Source: an uncultured archaeon
Lineage (GTDB): Archaea; Asgardarchaeota; Lokiarchaeia; Sigyniarchaeales; SOKP01
Length of the DNA stretch: 64,000 nucleotides
NCBI GenBank assembly: GCA_964583985.1
Contig: CAZOYD010000009.1
Location: 12,272-76,271 of the forward strand
Reading direction: 5' to 3'
Shown: positions 10,006 through 19,015 of the stretch, one piece after another
Layout of the letters: each line of letters opens with the position of its first letter
Position numbering within the stretch: position 1 is the first letter of the stretch
Notes under the pieces: generated by a model
The model's database searches: none
Told to the model about the DNA's origin: nothing
The model's input: only the letters and a program-made list of their open reading frames with translations
Position numbers and translations under genes: made by a program

Positions 10006-10928
10006 CCGCTGATGTGACTGATGTGAATTCATTAGACATTCTAAAGGGGCTAGTAGAAAAAGTGATATTTGATCAGGATAATCTCAACTCACTCAAGACG
10101 AAAATTAAGCAACTTTCTCGAGATGAAATTACCCAAAAAGAGATGAAGCAACTCATATTAAACCAGCGTGCCATAATGTTAGACGATATTCTCGAATTGT
10201 TTCCTTTCTATATTAATAAGTTGCAAGAAAATGAACAGTCAAGGACAAAATCAAGCAATAGCAATTCAATATCAGAATTAGAAGAAAAACTCGGGGAACG
10301 AGAAGAATTATTAGAGTTGCTTGCAAGAAGAATTCAAGGATTAGTACAAGGAAACCCTGCTATTGAAAAAACAGAAGCAAGTGATCTTAATGATAATGAG
10401 ATGCTTTATTCTATTGACAATGTGATTATCAAGGAATTACAAGTGATCAATATTGATTCATGGCTAAAGATGGTTGATTATATTAACTTGGAGAAAAAAT
10501 GTGTTAAGGATGACTTTCGACTCTTGGTCAGATTAATCGGAAATATCGCGTTATATCATGAGAGAATGCTTGAAAAAGATGAGGAATTACCAATTCCAAA
10601 AAAGATCAAAGAACTCAATTTTCCCATCGAATTGGAAAAAGATTTGATCCTCTTGAATAAGGCAAGAAATAATGCCGTTCATGATGGAAAAGAAATCTAT
10701 GACGATGATCGACTTCTCATGTATGATGTTTTTTTTAGAGTTCTTCAATTTTTATTAGAATATCACGTGAAAGAAAAAGTAAATGGATTAGTTTCCGAAA
10801 ATAGCGATAAAACGACAATATATAAAGAAACCAGGGAAATACTCGCTAATTACATTGCAAAAAAGGTATCGAAGACCAGTTGGGAACATCCTCAATTACA
10901 TAATCTCATCAAAGAAGTGTTTTCTTAA
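10002..10928 (+). CDS. Coiled-coil + HEPN-domain protein (putative RNase)
   Basis: RNNAVH (RxxxxH) at 10665-10682 in all-helical context; ATGA overlap and GGAGGAG SD. Confidence 0.65.
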   Translation: MTADVTDVNSLDILKGLVEKVIFDQDNLNSLKTKIKQLSRDEITQKEMKQLILNQRAIMLDDILELFPFYINKLQENEQSRTKSSNSNSISELEEKLGEREELLELLARRIQGLVQGNPAIEKTEASDLNDNEMLYSIDNVIIKELQVINIDSWLKMVDYINLEKKCVKDDFRLLVRLIGNIALYHERMLEKDEELPIPKKIKELNFPIELEKDLILLNKARNNAVHDGKEIYDDDRLLMYDVFFRVLQFLLEYHVKEKVNGLVSENSDKTTIYKETREILANYIAKKVSKTSWEHPQLHNLIKEVFS

Positions 10929-11028
10929 TCTAATTTTTTTGTAAAAAAACAATCCATATCACTTTAAACTAACGCTTGAATATTATATCTTAAATTACTC
11001 ACCAAAAAGGATAAATTAGGAGTTTAAG

Positions 11029-11190
11029 ATGAAAGAACATTATTTTTACATTTCAATGTGTTTCATTATTATTGGTATTTTTTATACTTTTATGATGTTT
11101 AACGGTGGTGTAATCGCTGGTATTAGTTACATAGTTGCTGGAATTCTCATGATAATTTATTTAATACTGCCTGATAGAGAAAAAGAGTGA
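11029..11190 (+). CDS. Small 53-aa two-TM membrane protein (not in ORF track)
   Basis: AGGAG SD at 11018-11022; MKEHYFYISMCFIIIGIFYTFMMFNGGVIAGISYIVAGILMIIYLILPDREKE*. Confidence 0.65.
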   Translation: MKEHYFYISMCFIIIGIFYTFMMFNGGVIAGISYIVAGILMIIYLILPDREKE

Positions 11191-11255
11191 AATTTTTAGT
11201 CAAAATTAAAAAAATATATATGATTCCATTGAGAAAAACCTAGTCAATGTAGGAT

Positions 11256-11280
11256 AATTCCGTCAAGGAATTTTTTATTT
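11256..11280 (+). terminator. Hairpin + T-tract between convergent genes
   Basis: AATTCC-gtcaa-GGAATT followed by T-rich run. Confidence 0.45.
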
Positions 11281-11285
11281 ATTTT

Positions 11286-12131
11286 TTATTCCATCTCGAA
11301 ATGAAATGGAATCATTCGCAAGTAATCGAACCCAACAACGTTAGGTGCTAAATTCATTGGTTTTACTCCAAGAAGACCCGCAAAAATAATTTCGGCACAT
11401 AAATATGATGCTGAAATACCGATAAAGGGAGCAAATGACCGATATGGAACCTCACCCCGCTTCATTTTTTCCCACATTCCAGGATAACGATCGTAAATCT
11501 CGCCGATTCGAGGAAATTGGGTCAGTTTGGGAAATAAATCCCCGAAACTCGTCATTCCTGATGTGAACAGTTCCTCAATAGTCATATCATGAGTATCAAG
11601 ATCATAGCAGGTTTCATAGTCAATGCTGCTCTGAGTGAACCAAAACGACCAAATGTATGGAATTCCCCACGTTTCTACCATCGGAATGTTCCTTTTTCTG
11701 CATTCGCGTGCGATTAATATTGATCCGATTGGATCATCCAATGTGAGAGCAACAATTTTCACATCATTAAGTAAACTGTCTATGGTGTCAAGATTAACTG
11801 CATTGAACTTTCTAACTTGAACCTTGGGATTTATCTTCTCTAGGTGTTCAGCTACCACATCAATTTTTAAATCACCCATGTGCTTATTCATGCATATTTG
11901 ACGGTTTAAATTCGAGGGTTCGAATACATCCCTATCACAAATAACCAAATGCTCACAACCAACGCGCACTAACTGTTCTGAAAGCAACCCACCTAATCCA
12001 CCGACGCCAAACACTCCAATAGGGGTTGTTCGAAGGATTTCTTGTTCTATCGGACTGACGTGACCGATGTTGCGGCTGACTTGGTGCGAATATTCATGAG
12101 ACCATTTCGACTCTAATTCTAATTCTAACAT
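11286..12131 (-). CDS. ThiF/MoeB/E1-like adenylyltransferase lacking Zn-binding CxxC pairs
   Basis: GVGGLGG, DRDVFEPSNLNRQ, K(I)D motifs; likely start ATG 12131 rather than 12212. Confidence 0.85.
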   Translation of the reverse strand: MLELELESKWSHEYSHQVSRNIGHVSPIEQEILRTTPIGVFGVGGLGGLLSEQLVRVGCEHLVICDRDVFEPSNLNRQICMNKHMGDLKIDVVAEHLEKINPKVQVRKFNAVNLDTIDSLLNDVKIVALTLDDPIGSILIARECRKRNIPMVETWGIPYIWSFWFTQSSIDYETCYDLDTHDMTIEELFTSGMTSFGDLFPKLTQFPRIGEIYDRYPGMWEKMKRGEVPYRSFAPFIGISASYLCAEIIFAGLLGVKPMNLAPNVVGFDYLRMIPFHFEME

Positions 12132-12278
12132 TCTAATTCTAATTTTAACATTCTTTGTATATAAAGAACAAAATGAAAAAACGATTCGAGAGATTATTGC
12201 CAATTTTGTCATTTTTCCTTTAAATAAAAAGGTTTTACTGGGTAGCTATTACTGTCTAATAACTATAAATGAAGACTC

Positions 12279-13511
12279 ATGATTACTCAAGAAATATTAA
12301 CCTGTCCAATCATTCCACGCAAAGTTTTATACCCAAAATCGATTGAAGCATTTCTCGATGCATTTGAAGGGATTCTTGATTTGGATATCGAAAATGGCAT
12401 GGAACTCGATTTTTTGATCGAAGGACGGGAAGGTTCCACCAAGATTAGTCCCGTGTTAAAACTTGCTCGTCCGGAAGATGCCAAGGATTTAGCAGATATA
12501 TGTAAAAAAGTATACGATAATTCATATCCATACCATGAAATGGAAGATGAAAAAGTAATTAAGAAGTTAATTAAGGATCCTCGTCATCATTTTATCTTGT
12601 TTAAGGTTGGAGACTATTCTGCAGGGTGTTTTCGCTGTGCTATCGATTTTGAGGAAAAAAAAGGATATATGGGTGGATTCATGCTGCGTAAACAGTTTCA
12701 TGGAGTTGTAGATGTCATAAAAGTTATCATGGGCTCATATTATTGGATGTGGTCAACATTCAAGGATGATGTAGTAATGTGGCATTGCGAGAATCGAACA
12801 GCACACGCAGCACTCCAGCACATGACTGCGCTATGTGGTATTGATACGGTTGCCATATTTCCAAACAAGGACATATTTTTTGGATTAGTGGAGAGTGATG
12901 TAATGGGTTTAATTTTTAATGAAGACACTCTAAAAAATTGTCGAACAAAGAAAGTACCTGCTTTAATCGAAAATGCCTTAGAGCCATACTTATTTGCTGA
13001 TAACTTGTACCAACTAGGATTTTTTCAATTGGTTTCTCCTCATTTAAAATTAGATCAGGAACAAATTGAATACTTAAGATCCAAAATTAATAGGAAAGTA
13101 TCGAAAGATAAACACGGTTATGAACATTTCTGTTTAACTTTTCAAGGAAGTAAATCATATTTCTCTTTTTTACACACACCCTCAGTAAAAAATTATGAAA
13201 AAGTGGAGTATCACGTGGATTCAGTAGAAGAGTTTCATGTGTTTATTGAAGAAGTGAAGATTTGCATGGCAGAACAAGATATACGATACTGCGAGATTTT
13301 TACCTCTGCTCATGAACCTGAATATCAACAAATTCTCTTTGAATTTGGTTTCCGGGCACGAGGATACGTTCCTTGCTGGGAACATGATACAAAAAAACAA
13401 TCATATGATGATAGCGTGGTGTTTAGTTACCATAAAGGAGAGATTAAGCACATTGAACTTTTAGCTCAGGGAAAAGAATTATTTTCCATGGTTGGTTTGA
13501 AAGTTGCCTAA
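12279..13511 (+). CDS. Tandem-GNAT-fold acyltransferase
   Basis: LARPEDA start of GNAT, MLRKQFHG acyl-CoA-site-like segment, C-terminal FGFRARGYVP. Confidence 0.65.
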   Translation: MITQEILTCPIIPRKVLYPKSIEAFLDAFEGILDLDIENGMELDFLIEGREGSTKISPVLKLARPEDAKDLADICKKVYDNSYPYHEMEDEKVIKKLIKDPRHHFILFKVGDYSAGCFRCAIDFEEKKGYMGGFMLRKQFHGVVDVIKVIMGSYYWMWSTFKDDVVMWHCENRTAHAALQHMTALCGIDTVAIFPNKDIFFGLVESDVMGLIFNEDTLKNCRTKKVPALIENALEPYLFADNLYQLGFFQLVSPHLKLDQEQIEYLRSKINRKVSKDKHGYEHFCLTFQGSKSYFSFLHTPSVKNYEKVEYHVDSVEEFHVFIEEVKICMAEQDIRYCEIFTSAHEPEYQQILFEFGFRARGYVPCWEHDTKKQSYDDSVVFSYHKGEIKHIELLAQGKELFSMVGLKVA

Positions 13512-13787
13512 AAACTATTTTCTATTTTTAAAACTAAGTTTGCTGATGGCGAATATAAATAAGAATCAAGATTTTTTCTTTTTAAATGTTCATTATATTG
13601 TGATATTGGGTTAAACAAAAGACATTAATAAATTAAGACAGTCTAGATCTTTTTTATCGGAGATTGTCTTAAAAAACATGCAATTCAGTGCGAATGGAAA
13701 TTGGAATTAGCTAAAATTAAGATAGGTTTACTTAGTAAGTACTTTAAGTCAATTTTTCATTTGTATTAGAGCATTTAGGGGATAAAT

Positions 13788-14735
13788 ATGAAAAGAAATC
13801 AGGAAATTTGGAAGTTGCATTCAGAACATATCTTGATAGGCATTATCATGGTAGTGTTGGTACTGGATCAGTTTCAATTTCAACCAAACGTGACCGATAA
13901 TTTCAATCTAAATCTAAACGCTTCTAGTGAAGAGGTAATTTGGGATTCTACGCATACTGTATTTAGTCCAAATGATCAAGTATTCCTTTCAGATCTATTT
14001 TTCGAGGAGAATTTTTTGTATGATTTTTATCTTGAAGTAATCACACCGCACCAATGTGTAATAAACATGTCTTTGACTGATCCTGAGGGATATTACTATG
14101 AAATTTTTCAAGGGATGGTAGATCAAGAATTAAAAGAGATTCAGTTCGGCATAGTTATTGAAGGTGATTACAATATTACATTAGAAGTTGTTACTGAATT
14201 TACACTGAATCTTCACATGAAGATTGAAAGAACAGTAAGCTTCATGGATCTTTTTGATCAAGAGAGTGATATTCTTACCTTCAATAGTTTCCGTTTCTCA
14301 AAAAACGAACCTATACGTGAACTACCCATTTTACTTAATCCAAACAGTTCATATAATTTTAATTTTGCTTTGGTCAGCCCCCTCATAAATATTTTACCCA
14401 TATTAAATACTTTTATTGATGATCCCGCTGAAAATCATTTTATCATTCATCAAGATCTAGTCTTGAATGAATTCTACTTAACTTTTAGTTTTCAAACCAT
14501 CAATTATGGTATCCATAAACTTCAAGTTTTAATCAATGCTTTAGAAGCTTGCCTGAACCTCATTGTTGTTGTAATGTTGGATAGCTCAGATCCACCAATT
14601 AGTAACAATCCACATTCTCAAAATGCACTCTATATACCGATTGAAATTCAAGTTGTATCAATGGGGGTTTTCATTTTTGCTGTATTGCTTGCGATAATAA
14701 TGAAAAAGGTTTCAAGGAATGAACTTATTTACTAA
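13788..14735 (+). CDS. Cell-surface protein with two beta-sandwich repeats and N- and C-terminal TM helices
   Basis: Terminal hydrophobic helices; repeated Y.F.(L/F)..(I/V)(T/S)P...(T/D)DP pattern; SD GGGG. Confidence 0.6.
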   Translation: MKRNQEIWKLHSEHILIGIIMVVLVLDQFQFQPNVTDNFNLNLNASSEEVIWDSTHTVFSPNDQVFLSDLFFEENFLYDFYLEVITPHQCVINMSLTDPEGYYYEIFQGMVDQELKEIQFGIVIEGDYNITLEVVTEFTLNLHMKIERTVSFMDLFDQESDILTFNSFRFSKNEPIRELPILLNPNSSYNFNFALVSPLINILPILNTFIDDPAENHFIIHQDLVLNEFYLTFSFQTINYGIHKLQVLINALEACLNLIVVVMLDSSDPPISNNPHSQNALYIPIEIQVVSMGVFIFAVLLAIIMKKVSRNELIY

Positions 14736-14783
14736 ATCTGTTTTCTTTAATTTTTTTGTTGTTTAAATAGATCCATATATGTA

Positions 14784-15950
14784 ATGATCATGTTAGTTCA
14801 AGACATATTAGTTCAAGACATTGATGTGTTAGAAATCGATAATTTTCAGTTGATTTCACTCGCTCGTCAAGCTTTGGAACTGCTTTTGTACGTGCCAGAT
14901 GAAAGGTTAAAGCCAAGGATAATTCAGGAAATTATGGATTATTATGGAAAAAAATTCCAATCTCCAGAACATCAAGTAAGCATGTTTATCACTGTAAAAG
15001 AAAACATACCCACGGGTTTTGTTATCTGTCAAATCGATCCTGATTATCGAACATATTCGAGAAAAGCCACCACTTTTGGATGGTTACTGGCAAATGACTT
15101 TGATACTTGTGCATTACTCATGGAGCAGTGTGAATTATTTGCAAAGGAACATAAACTTCGCAAGTTGCGGGGTCCCATCAATTATCCTAAATTGGTTGGA
15201 GGGATAGGAATTCAAACCGAAGGATTTGATGCACCATTAATGAATGGAGTTAATTTTAACCATCCAGAATCGCGTGTTTTAGAATTTCTTAATGAATTAG
15301 GGTACGAATCCGAATCAAAATACAGTTGTGTTCACGTAATTGATAAACCTTGGGAAAAGGGGGATGTTGTTGGACTTGAATATCGGTTGGGTTATCTCAC
15401 ACTTGAAGAGTTAATTAATCGTAAGGATGAAATCATGGAACTTGCTGCGAATTCATTTTATTCCATTTTAGCAGATGCTCCAGGAGGAAGATCTCGGTTT
15501 GATGAGATGATGTATCATTATGCTCAAGTACCTCCAGAATATTATCAATTAATCATCGATCCTCGCATGCTTACTGATGTTCCTGAATTCATTGAAACAT
15601 ATGAATCATATGATTTGGAAAACGTTGTTACGTGGGTCCATATCGCTTTTGAAAAGGATACTGATAAAATTGCTGGTCTAATTATGACGCTCCCAAATTT
15701 GTACCAACTTTGGCTTGGAGAGCCATTAACACACTGCAACGTAGATACGGTGATGATAGCCAAGCAACATGCAGGCAAAGGAGTATTCTCTTCAATCCAC
15801 AACATAGGTAAACCAATAGTAGTCGCTAAAGGAATTTCCTTCATAGAGGGCACTACAATATGGGCAAATAACGATCGGGCGATAAAAACGATATTTCCTC
15901 ACGCTAAACCATTAAGAACGCATGTTGTCGTTCAAAAAAGAGTGAAATAA
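14784..15950 (+). CDS. YghO-like double-GNAT acyltransferase
   Basis: TTFGW, KLRGPINY, G..TEGFD.P, NHP, QHAGKGV, EGTTIWANN motifs. Confidence 0.65.
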   Translation: MIMLVQDILVQDIDVLEIDNFQLISLARQALELLLYVPDERLKPRIIQEIMDYYGKKFQSPEHQVSMFITVKENIPTGFVICQIDPDYRTYSRKATTFGWLLANDFDTCALLMEQCELFAKEHKLRKLRGPINYPKLVGGIGIQTEGFDAPLMNGVNFNHPESRVLEFLNELGYESESKYSCVHVIDKPWEKGDVVGLEYRLGYLTLEELINRKDEIMELAANSFYSILADAPGGRSRFDEMMYHYAQVPPEYYQLIIDPRMLTDVPEFIETYESYDLENVVTWVHIAFEKDTDKIAGLIMTLPNLYQLWLGEPLTHCNVDTVMIAKQHAGKGVFSSIHNIGKPIVVAKGISFIEGTTIWANNDRAIKTIFPHAKPLRTHVVVQKRVK

Positions 15951-16080
15951 AACAATCTTTATTTTTTTCAATTTTTATTTTATATAAATCTAATACTCGT
16001 AAATTTTAGCTGATTTTCTGAGATTGAATCTATATTTTACAATAAAAAATTATTAATATCAGATTTCTTTACTTTTTCTT

Positions 16081-16773
16081 ATGAGAAAGGAAGATTTAAT
16101 CGAACCAACTTTATCTTCATTTGCAAATGAGAGAATTGAAAGACAGCCATCTCAAAATATGCAACCACAGTCATTTAAAACGGGGACCACAACTGTTGGA
16201 TTAGTATGTAAGGATGCTGTAATTTTAGGAACAGATAAAAGAGCTACCATGGCTTATTTTGTAGCTAGCAAGACTTCTGAGAAACTACACAAAATCCAGG
16301 AACATATCTACATGACAATTGCAGGGACCGTTGCGGATGCTCAATACCTCATTGATGTATTGCGTGCTGAAACTGCGCTCTATCAGCTGAAAGAAGAGAA
16401 GAAAATTAAAGTTAAAAGTGCGGGAAAAATATTATCGAATATCTTATATAAAAACAAGATGGATCCTTATCAAGTTGGGCTCATATTAGGCGGGGTTACT
16501 GAAGAAGAAGGTCCAGTGCTTTTAGACATCGGAGCGTATGGATCTATATTGCCAGATAAATTCGTCGCTGTAGGGAGCGGGCAGAATTTTTCGTATGGGG
16601 TGTTAGAAGCGAAATATAAAGATGATTTGACTATCGAGGAAGGAAAGGAAATTATTATTAAAGCCATTTCATCTTCTATAATTAGAGATATGGCTTCTGG
16701 GAACGGAATAGATATCGCTATCGTCAAAAAGGAAGGACCAGCGGAAAGAATTTTCATTCCAATAAAGGAATAA
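16081..16773 (+). CDS. psmB: Proteasome subunit beta
   Basis: Propeptide then G|TTTVG nucleophile, DKRAT, GSG, RDMASG. Confidence 0.95.
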   Translation: MRKEDLIEPTLSSFANERIERQPSQNMQPQSFKTGTTTVGLVCKDAVILGTDKRATMAYFVASKTSEKLHKIQEHIYMTIAGTVADAQYLIDVLRAETALYQLKEEKKIKVKSAGKILSNILYKNKMDPYQVGLILGGVTEEEGPVLLDIGAYGSILPDKFVAVGSGQNFSYGVLEAKYKDDLTIEEGKEIIIKAISSSIIRDMASGNGIDIAIVKKEGPAERIFIPIKE

Positions 16774-16996
16774 AAAAAATTTACTTATTTTTCAATTATG
16801 AAATATTTTATTAAACTCATTTAATAATAAGAAGAAACTTTAAAAGCGAAGATTTCGCAAGATTGATATTTACGTAAAATTTAAAAAGAAATTACTTATT
16901 ACATATTTAAATTATTAAGAATGTCGCAAAAACAAGTATTAAATCTATAGAGATCTTCAATTAAAATACACTTTAGCATAACAAGGTGCAAATTTA

Positions 16997-17725
16997 ATGT
17001 CATATAATATTCTAATCGATTTATCTCATCGTGAGCGGGTGGAGGAATGGCCAGAATTCGCGCTGGGTGAGGAAGATTATGATATAGATTATATAGATAA
17101 AAATGAAGGACCTATCGATTTTGACATGCTTGAGGATTACGATATCTTATTTATTGGAAACATTCAACATACACCAGATGGAAAAGCGGATAAAATCACT
17201 CAAGAGGAGTTACTAGCGATAAAAAAGTATGTAGGAGAAGGTGGAGCACTTCTCTTGACGAGTGGAGAAGGTGGGGATAGGGACATTCCCATGAAAAAGG
17301 GGTCAATTAGAGTCTTATATAAAATGACAGGAGTGAGGAGATTCTGGAATGGTGCTATTCAAGAGTCTGCTTCACATTTTTTAGTAAATCGGAGTAATAT
17401 AATCGCAAATGAATTATTTAACCATCCGATCACGAGTGGAATTGGAGAAGTTGTCCTGCCTAACTGCACGTTTTTTACGATTTCTGAAGAAGACGTTGAA
17501 GATATCATTGTAACTTCTGAGAAAGCAGAATTTAGATATTCTGATGAGGAAATCGGAGGAATCGGTCCCGTACCTGTTTGTGCTGTAGCTGACTTTTATA
17601 GTGGAAGATGCGTGACAATAGGTTCTTCTGAATTCTTACTAGAAGACTCTGATTTCGGAATTGATGCTGGGGATAATTTGAAGTTTCTTCAAAATATCAT
17701 TAGTTGGTTAACTTTTGAATCCTAA
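16997..17725 (+). CDS. GldG/IFT52 (GIFT)-like class I GATase-fold protein
   Basis: ILIDLSHRE, YVGEGGALLL, HPITSGI, GRCVTIGSS, DNLKFLQNIISWL. Confidence 0.6.
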   Translation: MSYNILIDLSHRERVEEWPEFALGEEDYDIDYIDKNEGPIDFDMLEDYDILFIGNIQHTPDGKADKITQEELLAIKKYVGEGGALLLTSGEGGDRDIPMKKGSIRVLYKMTGVRRFWNGAIQESASHFLVNRSNIIANELFNHPITSGIGEVVLPNCTFFTISEEDVEDIIVTSEKAEFRYSDEEIGGIGPVPVCAVADFYSGRCVTIGSSEFLLEDSDFGIDAGDNLKFLQNIISWLTFES

Positions 17726-17795
17726 TTGATATTACCTTCTTATGAAAGAAAAATTGTTATAAAAATTCCTTCATATATTGTATTGAGCATTAAAC

Positions 17796-18905
17796 ATGGT
17801 TTTCAAGATCCTCAGACCTGATTCTGAACAAGTATGGAAATATCAAGAGATTTTCCAGCGTTTCTCAAGATACCGCGGAATTATGGATAATACCGAAATT
17901 GCGCGTTATATTATTGCTAAAAGCCTTCAATGTGATTACAATCTTGAGAGCTCCATTGAAGATCTTGAGAAAATTTTAACTAATTCATCTATAGAATTTA
18001 ATAAAATATTGAATGAACCAGTTGAAAATTTAAAAGAGCGGAGAGTGTTTCCAAACAATTACTTAACATTAGCTAATGCGCTTGCTGAGAGATACCTTGA
18101 GGATTGTATATTTTGCGAAAGGCAATGCTCGGTTAATAGAAAAAATGATGAGAAAGGGTATTGTCAAATTACAAAAGAATCTTATGTCTCATCTGCTTTT
18201 TTACACATGGGAGAAGAAGCACCATTGATTCCAAGTGGTACAATTTTCTTTCAAGGATGTAATTTCGGATGCGTATTTTGCCAAAATTATGATATTTCTC
18301 AAGCGTGGAAATCTAATCCCATTGAAAATGTAGCTAAAAAAGTATCGAACGAAGACTTAGCAAAAATTACAGAGAATTTAGTAAACAAAGGAGCCATTAA
18401 CATCAACTATGTGGGAGGAGATCCGATTCCAAATATTCACACCATAATTGGAAGCATGAATTTTCAACATTCCAATATAACTCAACTATGGAATTCTAAT
18501 TTTTACTTGACTGAAAAATCTTTAGCGCTCATAATCGATTTTATTGATTTTTGGCTTCCTGATTTTAAATACGGAAATAATGAATGTGGTAAAAAATATT
18601 CCGGAGTAGATAATTATTATGATATTATCACCCGTAATTTGAAGCGCATTCACAATTACGGAAGTGGGGAAATAATCATTCGACATTTAGTCATGCCTAA
18701 TCACGTGGAATGCTGTTCTAAACCAATATTAAAGTATATAGCAAAAGAAATTCCACAATGCGTCGTTAACATAATGGGACAATATAGGCCAGAATATTTG
18801 GCTTATAAGTATTCTGAAATTAATCGCAGACCCACTAATCAAGAAATGATGGAAGTAAAAAGTTATGCCGATGATTTGAACATTCTCTACAAACCATTAT
18901 CATGA
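17796..18905 (+). CDS. PflX-like radical SAM protein
   Basis: CNFGCVFC (CxxxCxxC), HMGEE.PL.PSGTIFF, PDFKYG, IIRHLVMPNH. Confidence 0.9.
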   Translation: MVFKILRPDSEQVWKYQEIFQRFSRYRGIMDNTEIARYIIAKSLQCDYNLESSIEDLEKILTNSSIEFNKILNEPVENLKERRVFPNNYLTLANALAERYLEDCIFCERQCSVNRKNDEKGYCQITKESYVSSAFLHMGEEAPLIPSGTIFFQGCNFGCVFCQNYDISQAWKSNPIENVAKKVSNEDLAKITENLVNKGAININYVGGDPIPNIHTIIGSMNFQHSNITQLWNSNFYLTEKSLALIIDFIDFWLPDFKYGNNECGKKYSGVDNYYDIITRNLKRIHNYGSGEIIIRHLVMPNHVECCSKPILKYIAKEIPQCVVNIMGQYRPEYLAYKYSEINRRPTNQEMMEVKSYADDLNILYKPLS

Positions 18906-19015
18906 TCGGTAATTTTATTTCAAACTGATCGAAAAGTCTAAAAACAATCAAATACTTCATTGTTCATCTATTTATTAATTTTATAGTATATTTTTGAATT
19001 AGGATTTGAGTTCTA

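Noticed and set aside
11286-12212. ThiF as the E1 of an Asgard ubiquitin system, and the longer 308-aa start
   Set aside because: No Zn CxxC motifs and no ubiquitin/E2/RING/JAB neighbours; the extra 27 N-terminal residues run through the AT-rich promoter region
13633-13672. Hairpin TTAAGACAGTCT...AGATTGTCTTAA
   Set aside because: Single imperfect AT-rich hairpin after a gene end; most simply a terminator
1-16000. Left block as an integrated conjugative element or provirus
   Set aside because: Looks accessory, but no integrase, relaxase, capsid gene or att repeat matching either tRNA was seen in the window; the left boundary is outside it
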